Virus record (IMG/VR): IMGVR_UViG_3300029305_005280
Strand: one strand, 5' to 3'
DNA: 64,000 bases
Source of the DNA: a virus
Taxonomy: Duplodnaviria > Caudoviricetes
Shown here: in pieces, positions 47,961-57,289 of the stretch
Layout: every line of letters starts with the position of its first letter
How positions within the stretch are numbered: position 1 is the first letter of the stretch
Program-made: the position numbers and the translations under genes
The notes under the pieces: model-generated
The model's database searches: none
What the model was told of the DNA's origin: nothing
The model's input: only the letters and a program-made list of their open reading frames with translations

Positions 47961-49110
47961 TGGAAAGAGAGCTCTGGTATACATAACTACTCTTGATGAA
48001 ATCAAACCCATCGAAGGATATGACAGAGTTGAACATGGTCGTGTTGGCGGTTGGTGGTGTATTATCAATAAAGCCGATAATATGACTGTTGGAGACAAAG
48101 TTGTATACTTTGAGGTTGATAGTAAGGTTCCTGATAAGGACGAACGATTTGCATTTCTTGAGAAGAGACATTATAAGATTAAGACTCTAAAGATGTGTAA
48201 AGTTTTGTCACAGGGTCTTATTATGCCTATTTCCGCATTTCCTGAATTAGAAGGAAAAGATGTAGGAACTGATGTCACTGAGATTCTAAAAGTTGTATAT
48301 GCAGAAGCAGAAGACAATACTCGTAAGAATGGCAACCCTAATGCAAAATATGATTCAATGAAATCACGCCATAAGAAACTATTCAAGAAGCCTTGGGCAA
48401 GATGGATGATGAAACGAGCTTGGGGGAGAAAGGTCATGTTTTTCTTCTTTGGTAAAAAGAAAGATAATCCTCGTGGATTTCCTTCTTTTATTTCGAAGAC
48501 TGATGAAGAACGAATTGAAAACCAGCCCTGGCGACTACAGGAAGATAGAGAATGGTTAACAACTGAAAAGCTTGATGGTACCTCTTGTACATACGCTCTT
48601 GAACGTAAGGGTAGGAATAAATTTGAGTTCTACGTTTGTTCTCGTAATGTAAGACAAGCGGACGAAAATCAAGTTACATATCACGACCATAATATCTATT
48701 GGGACCTTGCATTTAAGTACAATATTGAACAACATCTTAAAGATTATCTTGATTTACATACTGATTACAAGTGGGTATGTATTCAAGGTGAGGGTGTTGG
48801 TTCAGTACAAGGGAACCCACTTAAACTTGACTCTGATGACCTATACATATTCAACTTTAAAACTTCAGAATATGGAAGACACGGCTCATTGGAAGGAAAG
48901 GATATTGTTGAAGGCTGGGGTATGAAATGGGTACCTATCCTTGGTGTTGTCAAACTTCCTGAAACAATGGAAGAAATGAAAGAGCAAGCGGAAGGTAGTT
49001 CAGTTGTAAATCCTAAAGTACTTCGTGAAGGCATCGTTTACAGAAGCCTTGATGGAAAAGAATCATTTAAGAATGTAGCAAATTCATATTTGCTTAAACA
49101 TAATTCATAA
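47950..49110 (+). CDS. RNA ligase (Rnl2/DRB0094 family), probable non-canonical CTG start
   Basis: TEKLDGTS, QGEG and REGIV..SFK motifs. The family N-terminus (IKPIEGYDRVE...GW...VGDKVVYFEVD) extends in frame to CTG 47950, which follows GAGGTG. Confidence 0.85.
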   Translation: MIIDGKRALVYITTLDEIKPIEGYDRVEHGRVGGWWCIINKADNMTVGDKVVYFEVDSKVPDKDERFAFLEKRHYKIKTLKMCKVLSQGLIMPISAFPELEGKDVGTDVTEILKVVYAEAEDNTRKNGNPNAKYDSMKSRHKKLFKKPWARWMMKRAWGRKVMFFFFGKKKDNPRGFPSFISKTDEERIENQPWRLQEDREWLTTEKLDGTSCTYALERKGRNKFEFYVCSRNVRQADENQVTYHDHNIYWDLAFKYNIEQHLKDYLDLHTDYKWVCIQGEGVGSVQGNPLKLDSDDLYIFNFKTSEYGRHGSLEGKDIVEGWGMKWVPILGVVKLPETMEEMKEQAEGSSVVNPKVLREGIVYRSLDGKESFKNVANSYLLKHNS

Positions 49111-49129
49111 TTATTAAGGAGAAAGATAA

Positions 49130-50083
49130 ATGGCTATTGCAATTATTCTATGTTTAGTTTTCCTGGCTCTTATTGCAGGAACTATTGTTTATGCTGTCCG
49201 TAGTTACAGCAAGGTTGAATCCTCGTATTATAGTGAACAGTCAGAAAAGACTATTGCTAAGAACAAGAAGCTCAAGAAGCAAGGACTTATCGCAATTGTT
49301 CTCTGTGTAATCTGTGTAATTGGATTTATTTTCATCCCTTGGTCATTCCATACTGTTGACCAGAGTGAAGTAGCAGTTGTTAAGTCTCTCGGTAAGATTA
49401 AGAATACTCGTGATGCTGGTACATATTTTGATTTCTGGGTACTCAATTCTTACACAACGTATAGCACTAAGGTACAGGAAGTAACTCTGGAAGATATGGC
49501 ATACTCGAGTGATGCACAGCAAATGACACTTGCAATTAAATTCCAGTATCAGATTATGCCCGATAAGATTAAGGAAATTACCACACAGTATGGCAACCTT
49601 ACAACTCTTGAAGCTCGAATTACACCAACTGTTAGAGATAAAGTAAAAGGTGTTTGCTCTTCACTTACTGCTATGGAAATCATTGCACAGCGTGAAACAC
49701 TTTCAGCTAAAGCATTTGAATCTGTAAAAGACGCACTTGGTACTGGATATCATGTAAATATCACAAGTGTAGCAATTACTAACATTGATTTTAGTGACCA
49801 GTTTGAAACAGCTGTTGAAGAGAAGATGATTGCAGAACAGCAAGCACTCAAGGCTGAATATGAAAATGAAGCAAAGGTAGCAAAAGCAGAAGCTGATGCA
49901 AAGGCAAAATTGCTTGAAGCAGAGGCGCAAGCGGAAGCAAATAAACTTCTTCAGAATTCTATCACTGACAAGACCCTCAAAGAAAAGTATCTCGACAAGT
50001 GGGACGGTAAGCTACCTGAAGTAGTTGCAGGAGAAGATATTTCAATGATTCTTCCTTCTTATGGTGAAGATGCAGCTAACTAA
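49130..50083 (+). CDS. SPFH/prohibitin (band 7) membrane protein
   Basis: Two TM helices, SPFH domain, AEA-rich coiled coil and KWDGKLP. Confidence 0.88.
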   Translation: MAIAIILCLVFLALIAGTIVYAVRSYSKVESSYYSEQSEKTIAKNKKLKKQGLIAIVLCVICVIGFIFIPWSFHTVDQSEVAVVKSLGKIKNTRDAGTYFDFWVLNSYTTYSTKVQEVTLEDMAYSSDAQQMTLAIKFQYQIMPDKIKEITTQYGNLTTLEARITPTVRDKVKGVCSSLTAMEIIAQRETLSAKAFESVKDALGTGYHVNITSVAITNIDFSDQFETAVEEKMIAEQQALKAEYENEAKVAKAEADAKAKLLEAEAQAEANKLLQNSITDKTLKEKYLDKWDGKLPEVVAGEDISMILPSYGEDAAN

Positions 50084-50097
50084 CATTGATGAATAAT

Positions 50098-50131
50098 AAA
50101 TAGCTGCAAGGAATACCTTGCAGCTATTTTT
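50098..50131 (+). terminator. Terminator
   Basis: Stem aaatagctgcaagg/ccttgcagctattt followed by Ts. Confidence 0.75.
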
Positions 50132-50148
50132 GTATATAGAGGTTAAAC

Positions 50149-50628
50149 ATGAAATTTGAAAAAATAAGTTACTCTCAGTTTAAGAAAGATAATCTAGATA
50201 TTTTTATTGGTTATGAACAGATTAAGCTGCCTAAGAGAGCCACAATGTATTCGGCAGGTTATGATATTTTTAGTGTATGCTCCTTTGAATTAAAACCTAG
50301 ACAAAGTATACTGCTGCCAACTGGAATTAAAGCACAACTTGATTGTGACAAAGTGCTGGTTATTGCACCAAGAAGTGGTCAAGGGTTCAAATATAAAGTA
50401 CAACTTTACAATACAGTTGGAATTATCGACGCTGACTATTATAATAATGAAAAGAATGAAGGTCATATGTGGGTAAAACTCTACAATGACTCACCTGATG
50501 GAGAAACTCTAAGCATAACAGCAGGGGATGCAATCTGTCAGGGTATCATAATGCCATACTTTACAGTTGAAGGAGATAATGTTGATGATGTTCGAACAGG
50601 TGGGTTCGGTAGCACAAGTGAACATTGA
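50149..50628 (+). CDS. dut: Trimeric dUTPase
   Basis: SAGYD, PRSG, GIIDADYY, QGI and RTGGFGST. Confidence 0.95.
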   Translation: MKFEKISYSQFKKDNLDIFIGYEQIKLPKRATMYSAGYDIFSVCSFELKPRQSILLPTGIKAQLDCDKVLVIAPRSGQGFKYKVQLYNTVGIIDADYYNNEKNEGHMWVKLYNDSPDGETLSITAGDAICQGIIMPYFTVEGDNVDDVRTGGFGSTSEH

Positions 50629-51970
50629 TATTGAAAAAGATATCTATGACTTTTGTAACCAGATAAAGTCAACCTCTTCCACAAATGAGAAGAAAGCTAT
50701 AATTGCTAAATATCAAGGTAACAAAGGTGTTGAAGAGTTTCTTAAATTCCTTTTTGACAAAACAATTGTTACGGGAATTAGTAAACAGAAAATGCATAAA
50801 GTATTGAGTGGTTCGGTTGAACTGCCACATGAACATAAATGTAAATCAATACTTGAAATTATTGAATATTTGAAAGAGCACAATACAGGAACTGATGTTG
50901 ATATCAATGTATGTCAGGATTATATTAGTTTAGTTTATTGTAATGCACTGTTCAGACCTGGTTTCATTTCTGAAGAATTAGCACTTGAATATAAAGATAT
51001 GCTTGAAAAGATTATTACCAAGTCACTAAGGTTAGGTATTGATACTAAACTTGTTAACAATGCTATTCCCGGACTGATTAAAGTGCATGAAGTGCAGCAA
51101 GCAAATGCACTTAAAAATGTCAAGTTAAAAGATAACGAATGGATTTGTTTGTCCGAAAAGTTAAACGGTAATCGTGCAACTTACATTGATGGAAAGTTGA
51201 TTAGTAGGCAAGGAAAAGAGTTTACAAATGTTGACCATATAATCAAAGATTTGAATCGTCTCAGAAGTAACTTTGATGTCAATATGGTCTTTGATGGTGA
51301 GATTATACGAAAGAATGTTGACAACCTAAGTGATAATGAAAACTTTCGTATTGGTACAGGACTACTAACATCAGACGCAGAGGACAAGACCGCTTTATCT
51401 TTTGTAATCTTCGATTTGCTGCCTTGCAGTGAGTTTAAAAATGGTCAAAGTAAACTAACCTATAAGGATAGAATGAGCCAAATGTGCCAAGTTTGTGAGT
51501 GGATTTCAAACGGGGCATATAATCATATTGGTGTTGTAGATTTTCTGTACGAAGGAAATGACCATTCAATGATTGAAACTTGTCTTGCAGAAATGGATTC
51601 TCAGGGCAAAGAGGGTTGTATGCTTGCACGTGATGTTCCTTATTATTGTAAACGACATAACGGTTTACTTAAGGTAAAAACTTTCTACACAATGGACCTT
51701 GAGGTTGTGGGATTTGAAGAAGGCAAAGGTAGACTTGAAGGTACTTTGGGTGCATTGATTGTTAAGTACAAGGACAATCTTGTTGGTGTTGGTGGTTTCA
51801 CAGATGTAATGAAGGACGAAATATGGAATAATAGAGATAAGTATCTTGGACGTATTGCAGAAGTAAAATACAAAGAAATTACTCATGATAAAGTGACAGG
51901 AAAAGAAAGTTTACAATTCCCCACATTTGTACAATTTAGAGAAGAAGGAAAACAAGTTAGTTACGATTAA
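50618..51970 (+). CDS. lig: ATP-dependent DNA ligase
   Basis: SEKLNGNR, SRQGK, FDGE, FDL, EGCM, LLKVK and SLQFPTF; probable GTG start at 50618. Confidence 0.92.
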   Translation: MNIDIEKDIYDFCNQIKSTSSTNEKKAIIAKYQGNKGVEEFLKFLFDKTIVTGISKQKMHKVLSGSVELPHEHKCKSILEIIEYLKEHNTGTDVDINVCQDYISLVYCNALFRPGFISEELALEYKDMLEKIITKSLRLGIDTKLVNNAIPGLIKVHEVQQANALKNVKLKDNEWICLSEKLNGNRATYIDGKLISRQGKEFTNVDHIIKDLNRLRSNFDVNMVFDGEIIRKNVDNLSDNENFRIGTGLLTSDAEDKTALSFVIFDLLPCSEFKNGQSKLTYKDRMSQMCQVCEWISNGAYNHIGVVDFLYEGNDHSMIETCLAEMDSQGKEGCMLARDVPYYCKRHNGLLKVKTFYTMDLEVVGFEEGKGRLEGTLGALIVKYKDNLVGVGGFTDVMKDEIWNNRDKYLGRIAEVKYKEITHDKVTGKESLQFPTFVQFREEGKQVSYD

Positions 51971-52002
51971 TAGTTGAATATTTTTTCCATATACTATATA
52001 AT
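51971..52002 (+). promoter_or_regulatory. Sigma-A-type phage promoter
   Basis: TAG-TTGAAT-N17-TATAAT. Confidence 0.8.
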
Positions 52003-52029
52003 AAAATAAAAAAGTAAAGGAGCATAACA

Positions 52030-52224
52030 ATGACTGTTAGTAAATTAAGAGAAATTCTTGCAATCATTGACCCCGACACAGAAGTAAAGATTAAAATTGA
52101 CACTTGGGACATGAGAGATAAGGATTGTTTTGTTGCAAGTGTTAGTATGAGTACAAATGAGAATGGAGAACTTGTTGCGACATTACATCATGGCGTACAT
52201 GAAAAAGTAGAAGATGACGAGTAA
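52030..52224 (+). CDS. Hypothetical protein
   Basis: AAGGAG RBS. Confidence 0.6.
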   Translation: MTVSKLREILAIIDPDTEVKIKIDTWDMRDKDCFVASVSMSTNENGELVATLHHGVHEKVEDDE

Positions 52225-53404
52225 TATATTTATTCCAAAAAGATTAAAAGTTGGTTTCAATGAAAGGTCTGATACTTATTCAAAGAAACTTGCTTATGTT
52301 ATCTACTGGGACGATAAAGGAAAACTTCGTAAACAAGATTCGTGGGAACATTGGAGAGACAAGAATATTGAACCTGAAGAATATGATAATACACCAACTG
52401 AAGGTTTTGTACTAAACAAAAATGTTGGTGGTTATGCATATCATTGGGATGCAAGAAAGTCCTATATTCGTATCTATGACCCAAGAGGATTTGAATTTGA
52501 AATCACTCTTCCAAATCTTCTATACATACTTGAAAATACAAACAGCGTAAAAGGTAAGGGCCTCGAAGGAGAATTTGTTTACGGTTGGGATGGCAAAGAT
52601 TTATTACTGGTTCCTGTTTGTGCTCCAGAATATCAAGCGATGGAAAAGAGAACTAATCTATTATTCCACGGCGAGTATATTAAAGGTAAAGATTTAAAGG
52701 TTGGTTATACATATACAAATGCCAATGGAGGGCGATATGTGTATCTTGGAAAGCATGACCTGTGGAGCCTACATTATAGTGATTTCAATGAGAATGACAC
52801 ATATCGGATAAATCAATTTTGTACAGAAAATCCTGATTATACTTTGAATACCGCTGTTCCCTATGTAGAATACGTAAAACCTTACAGTAAAGGTAAAAGG
52901 TTCTGGTTCTTTGAATTAGCAACAGGATTAACGATTAACTATTCTTCAGTGACGAAACGATTTTATTCCGTTGAAGAGCACCCACACAAAGACTATCATA
53001 TCTTTGAAGACCATATATCACATGATAGTGAGTGGTCGCCCATTGATTACACAAAAACCGAATATCATACAGTTACTTTTGATGAGCTTAAAGAGCATAT
53101 ACAGCCATATATTGATAGATGTACATATGTTGAAACAACTACTTATCTATCACTTAATTCAAAAGGTGTACTTGAAAAAGTATTTGTTAGATGTGTAAAA
53201 AATAAGGAATTAAACAAAGTTGTGTTGTACGCATCTTCAAATCGTGATAATAGGTATTGGGGTTATTCTGCAAACGAAGCTCATCGAGTATCTTCACTTG
53301 AGGAAATGTTTAATAAATTTAAGCCAGTTAAAGTTGTGCAATATTTAGAGAATGGCAATGAATATAGATGGAGAGGAGCTTACATACGTGGCTACACAGA
53401 ATGA
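52214..53404 (+). CDS. Conserved hypothetical phage protein
   Basis: 396-aa coupled ORF. Confidence 0.65.
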   Translation: MTSNIFIPKRLKVGFNERSDTYSKKLAYVIYWDDKGKLRKQDSWEHWRDKNIEPEEYDNTPTEGFVLNKNVGGYAYHWDARKSYIRIYDPRGFEFEITLPNLLYILENTNSVKGKGLEGEFVYGWDGKDLLLVPVCAPEYQAMEKRTNLLFHGEYIKGKDLKVGYTYTNANGGRYVYLGKHDLWSLHYSDFNENDTYRINQFCTENPDYTLNTAVPYVEYVKPYSKGKRFWFFELATGLTINYSSVTKRFYSVEEHPHKDYHIFEDHISHDSEWSPIDYTKTEYHTVTFDELKEHIQPYIDRCTYVETTTYLSLNSKGVLEKVFVRCVKNKELNKVVLYASSNRDNRYWGYSANEAHRVSSLEEMFNKFKPVKVVQYLENGNEYRWRGAYIRGYTE

Positions 53405-53804
53405 TGCACTCATCATGGTGCTAAAAACAAGATTGAAAAGAAAAAAAGAAAAACTTGGTTCAAAAATAAAGTTTGAACCCAAAACCACTTGTATTATTGA
53501 GTTATTTGGCGAGAAAGTTAATATCCATACACTTAGAATTGGAACCATTGAACCATACCTATTGTTACTAAAGTCGATGGTTGATGCGTGTGATTTTTCA
53601 CCCGTCAGTGCTACCTCTTGTGTCATGGCAGGATTTACACTAGAAGATTGGTATAATGATTTTGTGTCCAAATACAACTCACTCAAATACGCCGATGATG
53701 CTGCTGAGTTAGCTAAGCTTGAGAAAAAGTTAGATGTTATGTTATCTAATGATAAAAAGATTGAACTTGAAATTGAGGAAATTTCAAAGTTACTTGGTGA
53801 CTGA
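53352..53804 (+). CDS. Hypothetical protein (start uncertain)
   Basis: Coupled ORF with a C-terminal coiled coil. Confidence 0.5.
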   Translation: MAMNIDGEELTYVATQNDALIMVLKTRLKRKKEKLGSKIKFEPKTTCIIELFGEKVNIHTLRIGTIEPYLLLLKSMVDACDFSPVSATSCVMAGFTLEDWYNDFVSKYNSLKYADDAAELAKLEKKLDVMLSNDKKIELEIEEISKLLGD

Positions 53805-54307
53805 TGATGTCAAATGAGTATAAAGATTGGATAGCAGAATTTACTCCCGTTCAAAGACGTAATCTGGAGTTATGTTCAAAATATCCAATTCTATGCATTC
53901 GTTCACGAAAAGATGGAAAAGTCTCAGATGAATACGATTATTCGATGACTGAATTTGATGACATTCCTCCGGGTTGGAGAAGTGCATTTGGTAAAGAATG
54001 GGCACAAGAAATTCAGGAAGCAATAAATGAGCTTCCTGAAGACATTCGTGAACAAGTGTATATAACACAGTTAAAAGAAAAATATGGATGTTTTCGACAA
54101 TATTTCAGTCATTATACCGATAAGTTAAGAGAAGTTATCCGCAAGTATGAAGCTAAATCTGAACGAATATGCATACATTGTGGTAAACCTGCTACAAAAA
54201 TTTCAACAGGTTGGATTAGCCCTTGGTGTGATGATTGTGCGAATGTAATACATGATACTTGCGTTGATATTGATGAATATTTTAAGGAGATTAAATCTGA
54301 TGATTAA
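53804..54307 (+). CDS. Hypothetical protein with C-terminal Zn finger
   Basis: PPGW...QLKEKYG..R.Y...CIHCG...WCDDC. Confidence 0.6.
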   Translation: MMSNEYKDWIAEFTPVQRRNLELCSKYPILCIRSRKDGKVSDEYDYSMTEFDDIPPGWRSAFGKEWAQEIQEAINELPEDIREQVYITQLKEKYGCFRQYFSHYTDKLREVIRKYEAKSERICIHCGKPATKISTGWISPWCDDCANVIHDTCVDIDEYFKEIKSDD

Positions 54308-54482
54308 CATTTTAGAATTGTTGTGGATTGTTCCTTTATGTTTGTTCGTCGGCTTTCTTGGTTCTTCTTTTATACTTGGGGCAACTAAAGGAAATAAAGA
54401 ATATGAGGCATATCAAAATGGTTATACAAATGGTTTCAATGACGCACTTGCCAAGATGAATAAGAAGGTGCCGACAGAATGA
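54300..54482 (+). CDS. Small membrane protein
   Basis: One TM helix; AAGGAG RBS before ATG 54300. Confidence 0.5.
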   Translation: MINILELLWIVPLCLFVGFLGSSFILGATKGNKEYEAYQNGYTNGFNDALAKMNKKVPTE

Positions 54483-54730
54483 TTTTTGGTTATTTTGAGA
54501 CGCTTGAGGAATTGTATGACCGAGGACTTGACTCTGACTTCAATATGTTTGAGGACAAAACAGGTGGATTTATATATCTAATACATATCTCAGGTCAGAT
54601 TGAAATGATTTTTATTGAAGATTGTGATGATTTAAGTCAGTACTTTACATATAAATTGTCACATATAGAAGAAAACCCTTCCGAAATGACACTACGAATT
54701 TATGTTGAGGAGCAAGAAAATCATGAATAA
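54479..54730 (+). CDS. Hypothetical protein
   Basis: Coupled ORF. Confidence 0.5.
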   Translation: MIFGYFETLEELYDRGLDSDFNMFEDKTGGFIYLIHISGQIEMIFIEDCDDLSQYFTYKLSHIEENPSEMTLRIYVEEQENHE

Positions 54731-55115
54731 TATTGACGGATTAATCAATGATGGTGGTGACCGCATTTCCTATGGTGACGGAAATGCTATAAGAGAGCCA
54801 TCTACAGGAAAAGGAAGATATGACCTTATATCACCATTTGGTATTGATAGAATTGCCAAATGGTACGAACTAGGTGCAAAGAAGTATGCAGACCGAAATT
54901 GGGAAAAAGGTATGCCATTTTCCCGTTATGTGGACTCTGCAAAAAGACATCTTAATAAGTATGTAATGGGTATGGAAGATGAAGACCACCTTGCTGCTGC
55001 TTGTTGGAATATCATTGCAATTATGCACCATCAAGAACTTGGTGAATTACATTTCGATGATATGCCTCATTACTTATGTCCAAGACCACTGACAGATAAC
55101 AAGGAGATTGAATAA
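54723..55115 (+). CDS. dATP/dGTP diphosphohydrolase-domain protein
   Basis: GKGRYDLI...GAKKYADRNWEKG...SAKRHL...EDHLAAACWN. Confidence 0.8.
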   Translation: MNNIDGLINDGGDRISYGDGNAIREPSTGKGRYDLISPFGIDRIAKWYELGAKKYADRNWEKGMPFSRYVDSAKRHLNKYVMGMEDEDHLAAACWNIIAIMHHQELGELHFDDMPHYLCPRPLTDNKEIE

Positions 55116-55602
55116 AATGAAAAAGTATAGTAATTATAATGATAAGGCAAGTTATGACACTTGCAGCTGTAGTGCAAACGCCATTAGTGGTAGCACTGTA
55201 TTCGGGCATGCATTTACACAGAATAATAATGGCGTTTTGTCTAATGCAGTATATATTGGTCGCCAGTATTTAAAGAAGCATAAGCTTCCTGGTGATATCA
55301 GGTTTGTTGATGATAATGGTAAACTTGAACAGATGTATATTAAGCAAGTCATCTATCGTAATCCTGCAACTATTGTATTTTGGAGTGACGGTAGCAAGAC
55401 TGTTTGTAAGTGTTCAGGTGGAGACAAATACAATCCTGAGACAGGTCTTGCTATTTGTATCTTGAAGAAAATGTGTGGAGCATCTTCCGTTAAGAGTACT
55501 CTTACCACTTGGTGCCCTATGGAGGAAGATTATAAGAAAGGTAGAAAGCCTGTTATTGTATCAATCAAAGAAGTAAGAGCAAAAGAAAAGAAATCTAAGT
55601 AA
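55108..55602 (+). CDS. Conserved hypothetical phage protein
   Basis: 'VIYRNPATIVFWSDGSKTVCKC...D.YNPETGLAICILKK'. Confidence 0.6.
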   Translation: MNKMKKYSNYNDKASYDTCSCSANAISGSTVFGHAFTQNNNGVLSNAVYIGRQYLKKHKLPGDIRFVDDNGKLEQMYIKQVIYRNPATIVFWSDGSKTVCKCSGGDKYNPETGLAICILKKMCGASSVKSTLTTWCPMEEDYKKGRKPVIVSIKEVRAKEKKSK

Positions 55603-55604
55603 AT

Positions 55605-55636
55605 TAGTTGATATTATTGACTTTCCATATTATAAT
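55605..55636 (+). promoter_or_regulatory. Sigma-A-type phage promoter
   Basis: TAG-TTGATA-N17-TATAAT. Confidence 0.75.
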
Positions 55637-55659
55637 ATAGACATAAATTAAAAGGAAGG

Positions 55660-55857
55660 TTGATAAAGATGGCAGAAATGAATTATATGTATGTCCTTAT
55701 TGATGGTGTGAATAAGATTCATTATGGTGCTTGGGATGATGAATTTAAAGCTCGTGAAAAAGCAAGAGAGTATGAAAGTCTAAATCATCTTCCCAAGGGT
55801 CAAATTGATATTTACGAGATACCTCATTGGGAATTTCATTTCAAAGAAAATATGTAA
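55660..55857 (+). CDS. Hypothetical protein
   Basis: RBS and own promoter. Confidence 0.5.
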   Translation: MIKMAEMNYMYVLIDGVNKIHYGAWDDEFKAREKAREYESLNHLPKGQIDIYEIPHWEFHFKENM

Positions 55858-55859
55858 TT

Positions 55860-55891
55860 TAGTTGGATATCAAACAAAGATATATTATAAT
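55860..55891 (+). promoter_or_regulatory. Sigma-A-type promoter driving the large ncRNA/tRNA region
   Basis: TAG-TTGGAT-N17-TATAAT with no ORF downstream. Confidence 0.7.
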
Positions 55892-55930
55892 AGTAAATGT
55901 AAAATAAATAATAAATTTGTTTTACAAATA

Positions 55931-56920
55931 GGTGCCACGAAGCCCGAATTAAGACACTATGGTTAGAGTTAAGAGCCCGCCGTAGCTTGTGTACAAGTGG
56001 GAATAAGAAGCAGCAGTGGTAAATGGAGTGTGATGAACAGCCTATACATAATCTGGTTGAGGGTGTGGAACCATTCAATGTAGTCTATTTTGAAGTGACA
56101 AGATTGATAAAAACCCTAAAAGGAAATTTCGGTTGAACTCCGATATATCTATGAGGATGCACTGTGGAATAGCAACAAAAATACTACATTACGCGTAAGC
56201 AAGTTAGTTGAGTTGTTCCTCATAGACTAACCGCCCGCAGGCCATTAACTAGTATAGGCCGTTCCAGTATTGGCGGATGATTAAGGACAGTAGGGACAAC
56301 TTCGCCTGCCGAGAGAATGAAGCTCGCTCAGGTAAAAGCCATAAGCCACCTGGTAACAGGTCCGTGGAACTAAAATGCTGAGAGATAAGTTGTCAGATAA
56401 TCAGTGGGAAAGATTATCAAACATTCCGTAGTGAGTATAAAGCCATATTCAAGTATGCTACAATGTACAAACTCAATGAAACAGTGAATAAACTGTATTT
56501 ACCACGCTTGACCGTGAGGTGAAATTCCCTGGCAGGTCTGACTAAATACGACATAAGTAACTGATTAGCCATCCGTACAATGGTTGAATTGAGATGTAGC
56601 AGAGTTTAGCACAACGATAGCTCAAGGGAAGAGCACCAGCCGTGAGGGCTGGGGGTTGGAGTCCGAATCTTCTGAGTGTGACCAAAAAGAAAAACTCTTA
56701 AAAATACAAGAGTATGAAGTAACAAGGTAACAATGATTAGCAAACGGTTAGTCGCCAAGAGTGGTAAGAAAAGACTGTTGGAAGTGGTTGCAAACATGAA
56801 CCCAACCCTTGTTCCCATAGGTGAAAGTCCTATGGCGGAGAATGCGTTTTATTGAATGGTGCAAGCATTGGAATCTGATGCTTTGGTAAGTGTTGAACGA
56901 GGTGAGAATCCTCGGCACCA
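55931..56920 (+). ncRNA. Large (~990 nt) structured ncRNA candidate, GOLLD/ROOL-like
   Basis: No credible ORF, GC-richer than its flanks, and has its own promoter. The 5' GGTGCC pairs with the 3' GGCACC-A. It contains several T-loop hairpins and an embedded tRNA-like element, and lies at the head of the tRNA array. Confidence 0.6.
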
Positions 56921-57006
56921 AATGGATTGATGATTAGACTAAATAACGATAACACTTGCATTTTCATAACTTTTATTGTATATAAAATAGTTCTTAGATT
57001 AAATAT

Positions 57007-57091
57007 GCGGGATTGGTGGAATTGGCAGACACAAGGGACTTAAAATCCCTCGGGTCAAACCGTACCGGTTCAAGTCCGGTATCCCGCACCA
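57007..57091 (+). tRNA. tRNA-Leu(UAA)
   Basis: Cloverleaf with long V arm, loop CTTAAAA and CCA end. Confidence 0.95.
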
Positions 57092-57154
57092 ATGTCTGAG
57101 TTTGCAAGTGTTCACCGAAGACATAAATCCTAAACTTGCACAACCTTCCTATAT

Positions 57155-57229
57155 GCAGCGTTACCTCAATGGTTAGAGGGCACGCCTTATAAGCGTGTCA
57201 CGTTGGTTCAACTCCATCACGCTGTACCA
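57155..57229 (+). tRNA. tRNA-Ile(UAU)
   Basis: cacgc-CTTATAA-gcgtg, GTTCAAC T loop and CCA. Confidence 0.9.
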
Positions 57230-57289
57230 ATTACAAGTCTAAGTGTTACTTAGCGTGGGTACTACGATAGTGCCACCCTCCTTTTATAT

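Noticed and set aside
55931-56920. tmRNA or group II intron
   Set aside because: It is far longer than tmRNA and has no recognisable tag ORF. It has no GUGYG start, domain V or RT ORF.
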